Positions 38,831-51,329 of a stretch of DNA of 64,000 nt are shown piece after piece. Source of the stretch: Marsupella aquatica (taxonomy: Eukaryota > Plantae > Marchantiophyta); the NCBI GenBank assembly GCA_973895155.1, contig OZ316898.1:6931079-6995078 (forward strand). The letters are read 5' to 3'. How positions within the stretch are numbered: position 1 is the first letter of the stretch; every line of letters starts with the position of its first letter. The position numbers and the translations under genes are program-made. The notes beneath the pieces were generated by a model, which was not told where the DNA came from, did not search any database, and was given only the letters and a program-made list of their open reading frames with translations.

Positions 38831-41484
38831 TTAGAAAGAATCTGGATGCTTTCGGTAAACCTTGCCTGTAAGGGTAAATGCTTTTTGTTTCTTTTTGCAC
38901 CCATTTCCTTGCATTCTCCAGATTTTTTGAATATTTAAAACATACTTTCTGCTTTTGCATCGATTCACCTTGAATCTTTACATTAATTTGCCGGAATATT
39001 GGTTCAGGCTGCTTCCTGGCGAAAGACCTCAGAACCTGGGACACATGCCCACCGGCCGCATGCTTTATGTCATCTACTACGTAGTATGAACTCCGGGTAA
39101 ATTCTGACAACTTACACCTCGTAAGATCGAATAATCATACTACGCTTCGCAAGCTCGGTACAGTATTACTGGGTTAGCCTACTACTGACAAATCGCTTTA
39201 TTGTCAAGCTACGAACTGTAGCTCATTAGCTTACATTGAAAGCATTTGGAAAAACTAGCTTTTAATCTACGACCTCTACTTACAGTAGATGGTCCTGCCA
39301 CCAGCGTTTTCTTCCAGTTCAATGGATAATATCTGATGTCTTCAAATTTCTTCCTGCACCTCACGTCTGTTGGCATTCAGCCTACTGAGGGTGCCTTTTT
39401 TTTTATGCCTTGAAAACCCAAAGCAGGCCCATCCAACATATAATAGACGTCCTGTTTTGGAGCATGCATTTCTATGTAAGGCAGCCACAAGGGGACAATA
39501 CCTAAGGATCAGACAGGGACCCAAACCAGGAGGGAGAGAAGATTAAACCAGAACCCAAAGTGGACAACCAGGGCTGAGCAGATAATCAATACCCTCACCA
39601 CTACACTACACTCCACTCACACGCACACATACCCTCCACACCCCCTATGTGTGGAGGGAGGATTGAACCTGGGACCTCTCGGTTCTAGGTTCATCGTCTG
39701 GCCAACTGACCAAATCCAATTGGTTTACTGAGGGCGGCTTTACAAGAAGTTGGGGCAGGTTCCACCTTTTTTTGGTCCCCAAGATCAGATCAAGGTCATC
39801 CACTTGGGAGAAACTGCTGTTCACTTCACAAAACATTGGGGACACTTTCAACCAAATCTTATTACCAATGGTACAGAGTGGGCCCAATTTTTGCTTATGT
39901 AGAACACTCTTTTGTCCTAGATTTTAGACCACCTATGTTGAAGGTCTCTTTTTCTGGCTCCTTGGTCCATTCCTATTTTAAGTCATTTGCATTCAAAAGG
40001 GACTCACGTTGAAGGTCTCTTCTTCTGGCCCCTTGGTCCATTCCTATTTTAAGTCATTTGAATTCAAAAGGGACTCACGTTGAAGGTCTCTTCTTCCCAC
40101 CCCTTGGTCCATTCCTATTTTAAGTCATTTGAATTCAAAAGGGACTCACGTTGAAGGTCTCTTCTTCTGGCCCCTTGGTCCATTCCTATTTTGAGTCATT
40201 TGCATTCAAAAGGGACTCACGTTGAAGGTCTCTTCTTCTGGCCCCTTGGTCCATTCCTGTTTTAAGTCATTTGCATTCAAAAGTGACTCACATTCAAGGT
40301 CTCTTCCTCTGGCCCCTTGGTCCATTCCTATTTTAAGTCATTTGCATTCAAAAGTGACTCACACATCCTTCATAATATCTTCTCCTCTCACATCTAGAAA
40401 GACTTTAACCAAGGACTACCTGAAATTCAGGTGGAGTGGGTACTCAATCTGTCATCTTACAAATTAATGAGTGGGTACTCAATCTGTCATCTTACAAATT
40501 AATCTAGCATCAGTGGTTGCACTTGGCTTTACAAGACCTTGTGGGCCATAAAGGATTTCAAAAATGCTTTTAGCATGGGGACACTACATTTAGTGTGTGC
40601 AATGGCCCTCCAGGTTGCTTTGGTAAAAAAACCTCCAAGTGCCCTCAACTTCTTGGAAAGTACTCCTGAGCTGGACTTGATCTTGAATGATCAACCTAAT
40701 TCATATTTTTCAACTTTGGGATTCATGGTATATTTATCATCAAGCATGGAAAGACTTGGATTATAAAATTTCTTTATTTGGGGAAGGATCTAAGCAGATA
40801 TGTTTAATCATCTTGAACAAGTTTTACAATCAATTCTGACCCGTTTTCAAAGTCTACTTGGAACAATTTAAGCAGAAATGTTACATATCTCTTAATGTCT
40901 TGCAAATCAATTCAGACCCGGTTTCATAGGCTTATCCTTCTCTCTGCGCAATAAGGTTTCCAGCCTTAAAAAAAGAAGAAGGAGAAAATGAGAAGAATCC
41001 GGAGAGATAGATTACTGACCTACTGATGACCTCCGCCACCTTCAGCCACTCCCCTAAAGGCAGCCTAATAAGCCCTGAACTTTTTGGGAGTACCGTATAG
41101 CCCTACAATTCACTTTATTCCCCGCCGCCAAGTCGAAGCATCTGGCAGAAAAGCCTGCCCAGCTTCTTGACGAACAATATATCCGTTTTGGCTTTTGTTT
41201 TCTCGTTTCCGTTAATCTAATTGTTGTCTCAAACGATTTCAGAGAATTACATGGCTTTCCGTTAATCTATGTTTTGCCTTGGAGAGAATTATGTGTAATC
41301 TCGTTGATCTACCCCGTTTTTTTCAAAAGGAAAACTCAAGATTGAACCATTTATTAGCTGAGTTACTCTCCGCCATTCGAGAATATGCAGAACATGTGCA
41401 CTCATGTCTGACGAAATAGTGTCACAGGCTTTGTAGGCTTTCATGCCAAAGCAGAGAGTGCTCTACTTTCCTACGCGCCGCCAT
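38831..41484 (-). CDS. Unrecognised small basic protein (~90 aa), five short exons
   Basis: Exons 41484-41467, 41102-41020, 39353-39284, 39035-38969, 38865-38831, all GT-AG and phase-compatible. Product: MAARRKGYTVLPKSSGLIRLPLGEWLKVAEVISRKKFEDIRYYPLNWKKTLVAGPSTVLRSFARKQPEPIFRQINVKIQGKVYRKHPDSF*. Start context AAATGGCG. The first exon is the least certain. Confidence 0.62.
39396..39725 (-). mobile_element. Full-length tRNA-derived SINE (~330 bp)
   Basis: Minus strand has A box TGGTCAGTTGG, B box GGTTCAATCC, and 3' end TTTCAAGGCAT plus poly(A). Flanked by a 13-bp TSD TACTGAGGGTGCC (39383-39395) / TACTGAGGGCGGC (39726-39738). Confidence 0.88.
39937..40362. repeat. 71-bp minisatellite x6
   Basis: GTTGAAGGTCTCTTCTTCTGGCCCCTTGGTCCATTCCTATTTTAAGTCATTTGCATTCAAAAGGGACTCAC starting at 39937, 40008, 40079, 40150, 40221 and 40292. 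Confidence 0.97.
40434..40503. repeat. 35-bp perfect tandem duplication
   Basis: GAGTGGGTACTCAATCTGTCATCTTACAAATTAAT x2. Confidence 0.95.
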
Positions 41485-41764
41485 TTCGAAGTTTGGAAAC
41501 GACCTCAGATTCCTCCGTCCGAATTGATCCGTCGTCCCAAATTTTTCGTTCACAAGCACTGGCGACAACCAGATTTGTTCGTGTGTCACCAACGCAAGCC
41601 CAATAATTAATGGCGAAGCTACGAATTCTAGCAGTGCGGATAATGTAGATCGAATGTGATTATGTGAAGCTGGATTGTGCGGGGCTCGATCGGGGCGGGC
41701 ATATTGGCTGCTATCGACGCTACGAGGGCAACAAACCGACCGCCATGCCCGGCATGGCCTTTCA

Positions 41765-41910
41765 GTTGCAAACGGACCTCCTAGATTCATTCTTTTGAGC
41801 TCGCAAACTGACCGCCTAGATTCATTCTTTTGAGCTCGCAAAGGGACCGTCGAGCTTCATTATTTCGAGCTCTTTCGGATGCAAAGGGACCGTCTAGCTT
41901 CATTCTTTTG
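41765..41910. repeat. Degenerate ~35-bp tandem repeat (about 4 units)
   Basis: GCAAA.GGACCG.CTAG(A/C)TTCATTCTTTTGAGCTC units, upstream of the minus-strand small gene. Confidence 0.8.
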
Positions 41911-44900
41911 AAGGGAGGGACAGAATTGAACCAACACGACCCACACATAGTCCACACATATAGGGAACGGTGACACAGCATCCCAAGGGGCAACTTACCA
42001 TGCATTGGTAAGCATTTCTCCTTTTCGTAGGGGCAACTTCGTAATATCTTATAATAATTTTATATGGAACCAGCCCACTGTTGCAAGGTAGTCGTTGCTG
42101 CCCAATGCCTGTGTGTTGCAAGATTGTCATTGCAGCCATAAACCATTGCATCTTGTGGTAGGTGTGGTAATGTTGTGTCTTGCACAGCAAAGTCAAGGTG
42201 CGACAAAGAAATGCGGGGGAAGCGGAAGGGGAAAACAAAGAATTGTTGTTGGTTGGGCAGTTTTGTCTAGTAGACACAATCAGAAGTACCCCTAAGGTAC
42301 TTTGACTTATAAATTATTTACTTGTCTTTCACCTAAAAAGTATGGTAGTTTTTTCAGTTTAAAGATGTGCATTTTTATTCCATTTATTTCTTTGAATCAC
42401 TATTTTAATAGGTTTGAATACGATACTATAGCTGCTATTTGATAAACTATTTAAATTAATTGGTAGTTTACATAGGGTATAATTAACATTATTGTCAATA
42501 AATTAAACTAGCTGTGTCCTAGAAGGAACATGCTATATCATGAATCAAGAGTAGCATAATTTTTAAAGTTTTGTCGTTTTTGCCAGAGTGACTAATGTGA
42601 CTTTGTGTGTGCATAGAAGAAAAAACATTGCTTATCTAAAATGCTAAGATTAATTGCCCAGATTCTCGCTATTGGGGTAGGTGCCTACTCTTGGCAGAAA
42701 TTCAGCAACGAAGACTTTTCATACCTGGGGAAGACATTGAGTGGCCAAGATTTCTCAGAGAAATTAAATCTAGCAAATTTTAGGCCACTAGAACGAATGT
42801 AGATCAGTAACCATTACCACGAGAAAAGCAAGACAAAAGGAGCCTCCCATTAGATACCAAGCACCTCCAGGCAAGTGGACCATAGCACAGGTACTGTACT
42901 TGCCTCGTGGGGCGTCTTGAAAGTACAGTACCAGGGCATCATAATGTACTGCTTGTATCGTTGGCCGTGGCAAGGTTCTGTGGCCTACTGACGACCTAGC
43001 GCAGGTACTGTCCTTGCCTCGTTGGGCGTGGTGAGAGCTGGGGTGAGTGTTGTCACGTACTGCTTAGCCTTGTTGGCTATGGAGAGGTATTGTGGCGGAC
43101 TGAGGGCGAAGAGGCCAATGGTGGGGTCTAGGTAACTGTACACTAAAATACTGTGCTTATTTTGCGCCATCAAAAACAATTGGCTAAGCAAAACGAATTT
43201 GATTAAAAAATTTTTTTGGAGTGAACCAAAGACCAAAAAACAAAATACAGCTAGACTGAAAAGAAAATTTGAAAAATGTGATTTCATAAAGGAGGGAACA
43301 GTAAGAGAATCCAATGACAATTGTCTGGAACCCTAACTAAATTACTTTTTAAGTTGAACAGAAGGAAAGAATCTTTAAAAAGTGAAGAATCAAAGAATGA
43401 AAGGCAATGAGTACATTACATGACAATATATAAAAGAATAATAAACAACTTAGTTGAATTCTTGACATTCATTTAAAACATATGACAAAAGAGAGCACAT
43501 ATGACTCTATCTCAAATTTGATTTTGTTGGAATTTTAGAGCAGGTAGCCTTTGTCGACGCTACATGTATGAACGACTATACGGACCCACCTCCCAGTCCG
43601 GTGTACTCATTTCGGACGCCAATTGGGGGGAGGCCGGAGGCGAGAACTGAATCCAGCCCGGGCCCGACCCGACCACTTAGGGAAGAGTTGCATAGATCCT
43701 CACGGAACTTCAAGAGGCAACTAGAAGCTGCAACAGTTTGCTTTTGTCTAGCTCGAGTAACCCTGCTGTCATGTGGTAGCCAGCGTCGAGGGCGTTTAAA
43801 TGACTACAAATGAATCCAATTCGCCGTCACAACAGTCATACCAAGCCATCACAAGGAAACAATGTCTGGAGTCAAAAATCCTATGGGCGATTCATAAGAA
43901 GACCAACACCGTGAGCGGCCCCATCTTTAGCCCTACATTCAGTTTTGTTGTGAGATTGGAGGCCCTGAACCAGGATAAATTGTCGAGAGAAAACCTAGCA
44001 TATTAGCATCCTGCAAAAACTGCAACAATGGTATAGCACCGAGTCGCTCGATTATATTCAATATGTAACAATTTGTCTTTAACAAGTTACTTGCTGTATG
44101 TGACAATTGCTATGTGACATCTGAATTTACACTTTATACTCATGATTGATCAATCTAGTGTTCAAATAAGGCGAAATTGAAGTGCCGTTCTTATTAGTAT
44201 CGCCTTCAAAGAGCGACAGTACCGTGACTCATTCTAAGTAACACTGAAACGCAACGTCTTACTCACACTCTGTGTTATTACAATAATAGTTAATTTTGTG
44301 AACGAGTACTGGATAGTAGTTTTCGTGTCTGCCGAAAGTCCTCCATCGCCGGTAAATGTGATAAAACAGAAAAGAAACAGAGACCCCCGCAGAGACCACT
44401 GGCATTTTGGAAGATGCGAGGCACTTGGGCTTGAAAGGGATCCTCATCCGGAAAAAGTGGGAGATGAGTGAAAGGATGATGACGCCTACGGACGTGAGAG
44501 GAGGAAATTCTGTCCACCGCTGCATTACTTTCTCTTTGTCGATCAGCGGATCAGGTATTCCGTTATCTTGATCGTTGGGTTCTCAGTTCGACTGCGATAT
44601 TTCTTTGTTTGCCGACGCGCTCACTGTTATATCTTTCTTAACCATATGAATTTTGGTAATCTGGCCTCAATCCTTATCTGCGCGAGGGACTGATAAGGAA
44701 TAGCTAGAGGTAGTGATCAAACCTTAGAGGACTCTCTCAGCAAGTGAAAGTCTCGGTGAAAGTGATGGTCACTACAATCAGGTGACACAACGTGGTTTTC
44801 CATAATTCCTGGCGAATTCAAGGCATAATTTTCGTTTGAGCGCATGAATCAGCTTGGCTAACGATCAGACACTGTTCAACGGTTTTAGTTCAGTATCAAA

Positions 44901-47900
44901 TATTTGCTCAACGGCTCAACCTGAAGTGAAATATGAGGAGACAAGGATCATATATATGACGCAACTACGACGCTGGCTAGAGCGTAAGGGATAAAATAAG
45001 TTAGAGGAGCTCCTATCGCGTAATTATATGTCTTGTTTAATTGTCGCGCCCACCTCCAACTACTGTACTGCCATGCGAAGGTGATTCCGGCCATGTGACT
45101 AGTTTCGTTCCACGGCTCTCGGAGATTATTGTATTATGACATTGAAAGTGTCCTCTGAGTTGAATTGGTTCACGACAAGGGAAGAGTACAAAGATTTTAC
45201 AACTTGTTCTGGCATGACTCTGTTAAAAAGTATTATGATTAGGAAACATTGTCCTCTCATTGCTGAATAATGAGCGGATGACACGCGGGATACTTAAAAG
45301 ACCGTTCTACAAGTCCGGAGTCAACAGGATGTATAGGTGCTATTTTGCGGCATGAATGTATTGCACACAACTTCGCTGCTCATCAGGCCACAATTGCCTG
45401 CTAGCATGCTGTTGTGATGCGAGTCTACGACGCCCAAATGGCGGCTATTGTGGACCAGCAGGCCTTGGGCACGCTCTCATCAGACACTGCAGGGCTTACG
45501 TCCACGCCAAATGATTAATTGTTCCCTTCAAACACTGCGTCTTGCAATCCCTTTCACCCATTCTATTGTTAATTTAATCTGGCTCTGCGTGTATTCGTTT
45601 CTACCCCGAGTTCTACCTACTATTGTCCGTCCGTTATCTGGATGCGAAGCTCGATCAAGCCCTGCCAGCCTCCCAATCAAGGTTAGATACCGCCAGGACC
45701 TGCAAGCGTTTTCGGTCATCAATGGTGGAGAGAAATTAACGTTTTCTGTTTGAGTGCTGCTCGCCCCAACTAGGTCAATGTCGTACTCCTAGGAGCTGCT
45801 TCGCAATAACTTCATAGTTAATGCAGGTCCCAAGGGACCACGCAAGGTTAAAAATTATGTCCCGAAGGTTTGTAACTTTGAATAGTTGCCTTTCACGGGC
45901 TCAAATCCCCTGTCCACAGCACAACTCTACAGATGTACAACCTCTCTTGTCGGCCTTCCTTCCCTGTCCCACTGCGTTCTTGTTTGGTACTCTTGTCCCT
46001 TACAATTGTATCTTACAAGGCCATTTTCTCTCCGACACTTGCAGTACTTCCACTTAGAGTTTGGCTTTGTCCGACCCCAAATCTTCGCTGGTCACTTCTA
46101 TTTCTGAATAGGAAGGACAGCACAGTACAAAGCCAACTCCAAAGCCAGCTTGCCAAGGTGGAGGGGTACAGTGTTTGCCTGGCCCTCACCATTGGAAGAG
46201 TGGGATACCCAATACCTCCTTCATCAGGGTCACGACGCTCGTTCAACATGGTGTTATATCTTAGCTCAACACAGATTGAGACTCTATTGGGCAGGCTTTG
46301 GCAGTTGGCAATCCATTACTAATTTCCTTCAAAAAGAGTAAAGGTAAAGATTCCAACCGATACTTCACGAGCCATCGCACAATTTAAAATACAACGAGCT
46401 GACGTAGATCATCCATCTCCCAGCATAGGGACACAAGTGAGAGGCGCCAACTGAGACCACACGTTTATCTGAGAAAGGGTGACAAACTTACTTACTGGGA
46501 CACAGCCCTCGATTGCTGTGCTAGGGACCAAGCTTCCCGTGCCCCAAGAAAAGGGGGAAACATTCGCTAGCCAAACTTGAGTTTAAGTCAACCTCTATGA
46601 CTTCTACTTCTAGCCTCTCTAGTGCCTTGTAAGCCAAGGTCTACTCTTCTTGGGAAACTTATTTATTAGAACTCCATTAGTCCCCCATTTATTATAACAG
46701 TGGGTCCGGCTACCTGCTTGCCAGTTTCCATCGATCTCCAATTTACTGTAGATCTCCAATTTAAGATAAGTGTCAAGTCTTTGTCCAAAAGTTGATTCGA
46801 CCATTAAACTTAAACTTGTAACCTTACTTGCCACAACGAAAAAGTATTACTGGTCGGTTACCTGGCTGGTGTATAAAACTTTAACTTGAAACCTTGACGC
46901 AATGAAAACTATTGCTGTTGGGAGAACTAATGTCCAGCAAACCCTGCAATTCTGTAAAGCCATGCATTTGGAAATGCAAAGAAATCTACCTCATGTCTTT
47001 CATCTTATGTGTGCGATGGATAGCATGCGAGAGCAGACAGCACCCAAAAGGTACAATAAATGGGTTTCCAATAAACACTTCGGCCAGAAAAACAATAATC
47101 AAGGATGTGTTGTTTTCTTGGATGAAGAACTAACGATATCTATGATCTAGTGTAAGTTGCTCAAAGGCAGTTTCTCCTTCTCTAAACAAGATCTACGAGT
47201 CAGCACACTTAGATGTTCTTTACATATTGAGAAGATGTCATTCTCGTCTCGTCAAGAAGATACAGTAAGATTTCTAGGACGTTACGTGATTTGAGTTATA
47301 TCACAACTTTGTCATTTGAATGTAGATTTTTGGATACTTAATCAATGCTTCTGCAACTTCATTTTTATCTAGTTTTATCTAGATAAAATCTTAAAAGCAT
47401 ACGGCAGGCAGGCAGGCAATATTGAAACTTTTCATGATTGTGCTCTGAAATAGATTCCCAACGAGTCTTTGAATCGTCTCTCTCACTCGCGGGTGTGCCA
47501 ACCCACTCTCCAGAGGATTGAGGAAAACATTTGTACCGCGAGAAAATAAAAATCCCCAGACTTTCCCATTAAAGCATACAATCAAACGCCAATTTCCTTT
47601 TAAGCCAGGGGGGGGTGGGGGGGGAGGTGGGAAACGTTCCTCGCTCGCTGGCGTTGCGGAGAGATGCAGGTCTGAGCGGTCCCCACTCTTTCCAGAAGCG
47701 TCATTAAGTAAGAGCTAAACAATGCCCTTGCCAATAGGAGGTTATGTTCAACTAACGGACCCATTTGCGACGGTATCAGTCCATAGGATGCAAGTTGCAT
47801 CTGTAAAGGTGGGTAGGTGAGTTGAACACAGATATTTCGGCATCCACTAACAGGACATTTGCTGACCGACCAACTGAATGACATCTGGAGAAGTCTTTGG

Positions 47901-50900
47901 TAGAATGCTTGGACCTCAACCGACTCGTTAATACGACATTATAAGGTTGAACCATGAAATCAATGTGATTGTTAAGGTGATGTGTGTGACAATCATTGGC
48001 ACATTTGAACCGAGCTCACTATTCTTCCACTGTTTTTCTTACCATAATTCTTTCTTGTCACTCTTAGTAGACATTCCAATGTTCAGAATCTTGCAATCTT
48101 CCATCCAGATTCTAAAATGGCTGCAGCTCTCTTCAATCCTTCTGTCTGTCTCTGTCTCTCGATACTGGGGGACTCTATTTGATGGGCATAAAAGGCGAAC
48201 TCAAAATTGAGCACGAGGGTTTTGGAAAGCTCATCGAGTACGGTATGAATGAGCACATTGCAGGTCCAGTGGAAACGGATCTCCCCTGGATATATTTCCG
48301 AAAGTGAATGTGTCAGAAATTGTAAGCGAATGGGATGGACGACTCCACTCCGTGATTTTCGCATACTGCTGCTCATAATTACGACAAGAAGAGTTCTGGG
48401 TAGAATTAGCAGTCCCAGGTACCGAAACTCTTACAGTACTGATTGTTACGTACATGACACTTCCCATTCCTGTAGCTAATTGGTGAGAGGCTGAGAGTTT
48501 GGACATGTGTCTAAGCAGGTCTCTCTCATACACAGACCAATAGACCATCGATTTGAGAATCGGATGCGCTGTACAAATAGCACCTGGAATTCCCAGAGGA
48601 ACTTTCGTTAGTTCTGAAGTTCTGCATGAGTTATCTTTCACGGGTAGCCTTACGAGTCCTGCATGTGTAGTAGTTGCAGAGCAGACCTAGCGACTCAAGC
48701 CTCGCATGTGTTCCTTGTCGCGAGGTCCGTTGTTCTCAGGTACTCCAGTGATGTTCTTTCTTAGAGTAGCTACATCAGTCTATTGAAGGAGTCAGCAGAA
48801 CTGAAGGAGTCAGCATTATTATGTTATTATGCACTTCTTTAACTTGTCTTTCTTTTTCTTTAAGCTTCTTTAACTTGTCTTTCTTTTTCTTTAAGCTTGC
48901 ATCCGGCATTTTCTGCCCCCTTGTTTAGTACTAGTTTATTAATTTCAGAGAATTATTGGTTAGACTGTCCTCAGAAATGTATGAAGTTTGAAAAAAAAAA
49001 AAAACTAAAGGGGAGAAAGGGGAAAGAGAATGATCCGCTCAGAGGGTCTATCAAGCAGTGCCCAGATTACAGATTCTTGAAGACCCAAAGAATCGGAACT
49101 GTCTACAGATATAGAAGACTGAAGATAGCGGTCCAAATCTTTGGGACTTCATCAAATCATTGGCTCACCCTAATTGCACCGGATTCCTCATTTCGATGTC
49201 AAAGGGTCTTTCATTGAGAATAGACCTGGTCCTTTGAGATTGAGACATCCGGTGGACATCCTCACTGACTCTCAGTAATCATGAACCTTTGATATGAACC
49301 TAGGTCCGCAGTTCTTTCTACCTTTCTGACCAGATCTGTCTGCAGTCATATATCACATCAAAGTGCGATAATTCAAGTATGATAAGCCGTTAATCTTTGG
49401 AGACTATGTTGCGTACTCGAGGCATCGGAACCCTTTGACATTGTGCTTCAATAATTTACTTCTTCCTCAGAGCTCGGTTCTCTCATTTCCCCGTCAGAAC
49501 ATCATATCTGAGGGAGGGAAGGGATTGATGGGACTCCCCAAACTAAGACAAGAGAAGAGTTCAAAATTTCAAATGAATGAACCTTCCGGTGTGGCAGCCC
49601 CTGTGATCAAAAGATAATGTCTTCCTCGAGTTAGGTGTAGAGTCTGACCGATGGATTCACATCTAGAGAGGGACTGCCGGACTGGGCATGTCTGAAGACA
49701 ATCAAACGACAAAGAAAGTAACATGAGGACAGAATTTGCCAATTAGTTGCCGGACCTGCAATGCGCCATCAGCTTGTCAGAGTGCGTACTACAGTCGAAT
49801 ACAGTAGTAGGCTGACTCCTGTGTCTGGCATGGCCCCACCGTTCTTTCAACTCGATCCGCTTATTCCTTTCTTTTCCATAAGTGTGCTGCCAAAAGAACA
49901 GCCGGGGTAAAACATCAAAGCACATGTGACACGGAAAACCTGTCACGGTAGTACCCGAGCCAATCCTTCATCGTCATTCGTCATCTTAGCAGATCCAAGG
50001 ACTGAAATATCAGGATTAGGTCCCTTTGACATCCATCGTCAAATGATGTTGTCTCGAAAAATTCCTCCATTTTGACTAAACGGGCCAAATAAAGTGCAAA
50101 GGAGGTCCAGAGAGGACAAACACGAAACTCAATAGTTCAATTTCTTTTAAGTCGATCAAAGATCACACGACATCCTCCCAAATTTCCCAAAGGATCGGTA
50201 ACTGATATCCCAGACCATGAGTTGTCCACATTCAATCGATCACCCCTTTCACGTCCCAAGCATTGGTCCCGCCACTCCGGCGAGATGCCATTCGGCAGCT
50301 TACCAGAGTGGCAGAGAGAAAAGCAGATGCTGCAAATCCTACAGCTACAGCGAGGTTCTGTGACGTCACTGGTTACACGTACACTACAGGAATGTCCATC
50401 TTTGTTACCATTCTATTCCTTGCTGTGCTTTCCACTTTCACCAGTAAGCTGTACATTGACGGTACGTCGTGGACCCGCCGAGAGAATTCCTAGCACCATG
50501 CGTCGTGAGGACAACAGGAACGACAATGAGAACTACGGAGATAAATTTTTCCCCCATCCAAGCAGGCAGTGAATCCGTCCTTGCCCTCGACGGGCATTCG
50601 GCCCCAAACGAAACGGTGTACAACAAGGGCACGAAAAATCGAAGCAAGGTTTTGTCATTGAGAGGCGTACATAGCCAGTGGCAGGAAGTTTTGCTACGCA
50701 TGGAGGCAAAGCAATTTTTCATGACGAATTTGGTGAACTGACGCTCAATTCTTTCCAGGTCGACACTTCCGAGGCGTATCGGAATCTCTAGACGACTGAT
50801 CGAGGTCGCGTCCCAATTCGCGGAGCGCACCGCTCGGTCAGGTCCTTTCGACCTGCCTTTATTATTAATTCCCCTGCCTAGTGCCTACCTATGCAAATGT

Positions 50901-51329
50901 GTGGATATCAGGCTGATATCAGCAGATGGGCGCGATTCGCTCATCCGCAGAAGTAGAAAGCTCTCCAGTCTCCACGGTACCATTCTGACGGATCTAGATG
51001 ACAAACACGTACTGTTCGTGTACGTTGGCAGTTGACCGCATCCACTTGCACTGCCTGAGAGCCGCAACCCCACCCGTCCACTTTCGGGCATCTCGCCACA
51101 TTCAATCGCCGCTGACTCACTCGTCTCCCCGAGAGGGACTCAAGTCAGCGTATTTTTTAATGCGCATTTTGCCACATTCGACCTCCCCAACCCGCTTTCT
51201 CCACTTTTGGTGAAAATTTGCTAAATTGCTTGTTTCTCACCTGGACCCCATTCGCCGTCATCCTTCCCTCTGTGGCGAGATAAGGAAATAATAGGAAAAG
51301 CAGATTAAGAATCTACACTGTTCACCATA

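Noticed and set aside
39655-39725. tRNA gene
   Set aside because: A and B boxes are present but no full cloverleaf; it is the head of a SINE with tail and TSD.
39937-40362. CRISPR-like regular array
   Set aside because: Units are contiguous with no unique spacers, there are no cas genes, and the context is eukaryotic. It is a minisatellite.
40915-40965. Extra exon (LETLLRREKDKPMKPGLN*) for the hidden gene
   Set aside because: Needs a 55-nt intron, overlaps a local duplication and terminates early. Skipping it gives the longer phase-compatible model.
51046-51056. miR408-like TGCACTGCCT
   Set aside because: Only 10 nt match and no precursor hairpin is seen.
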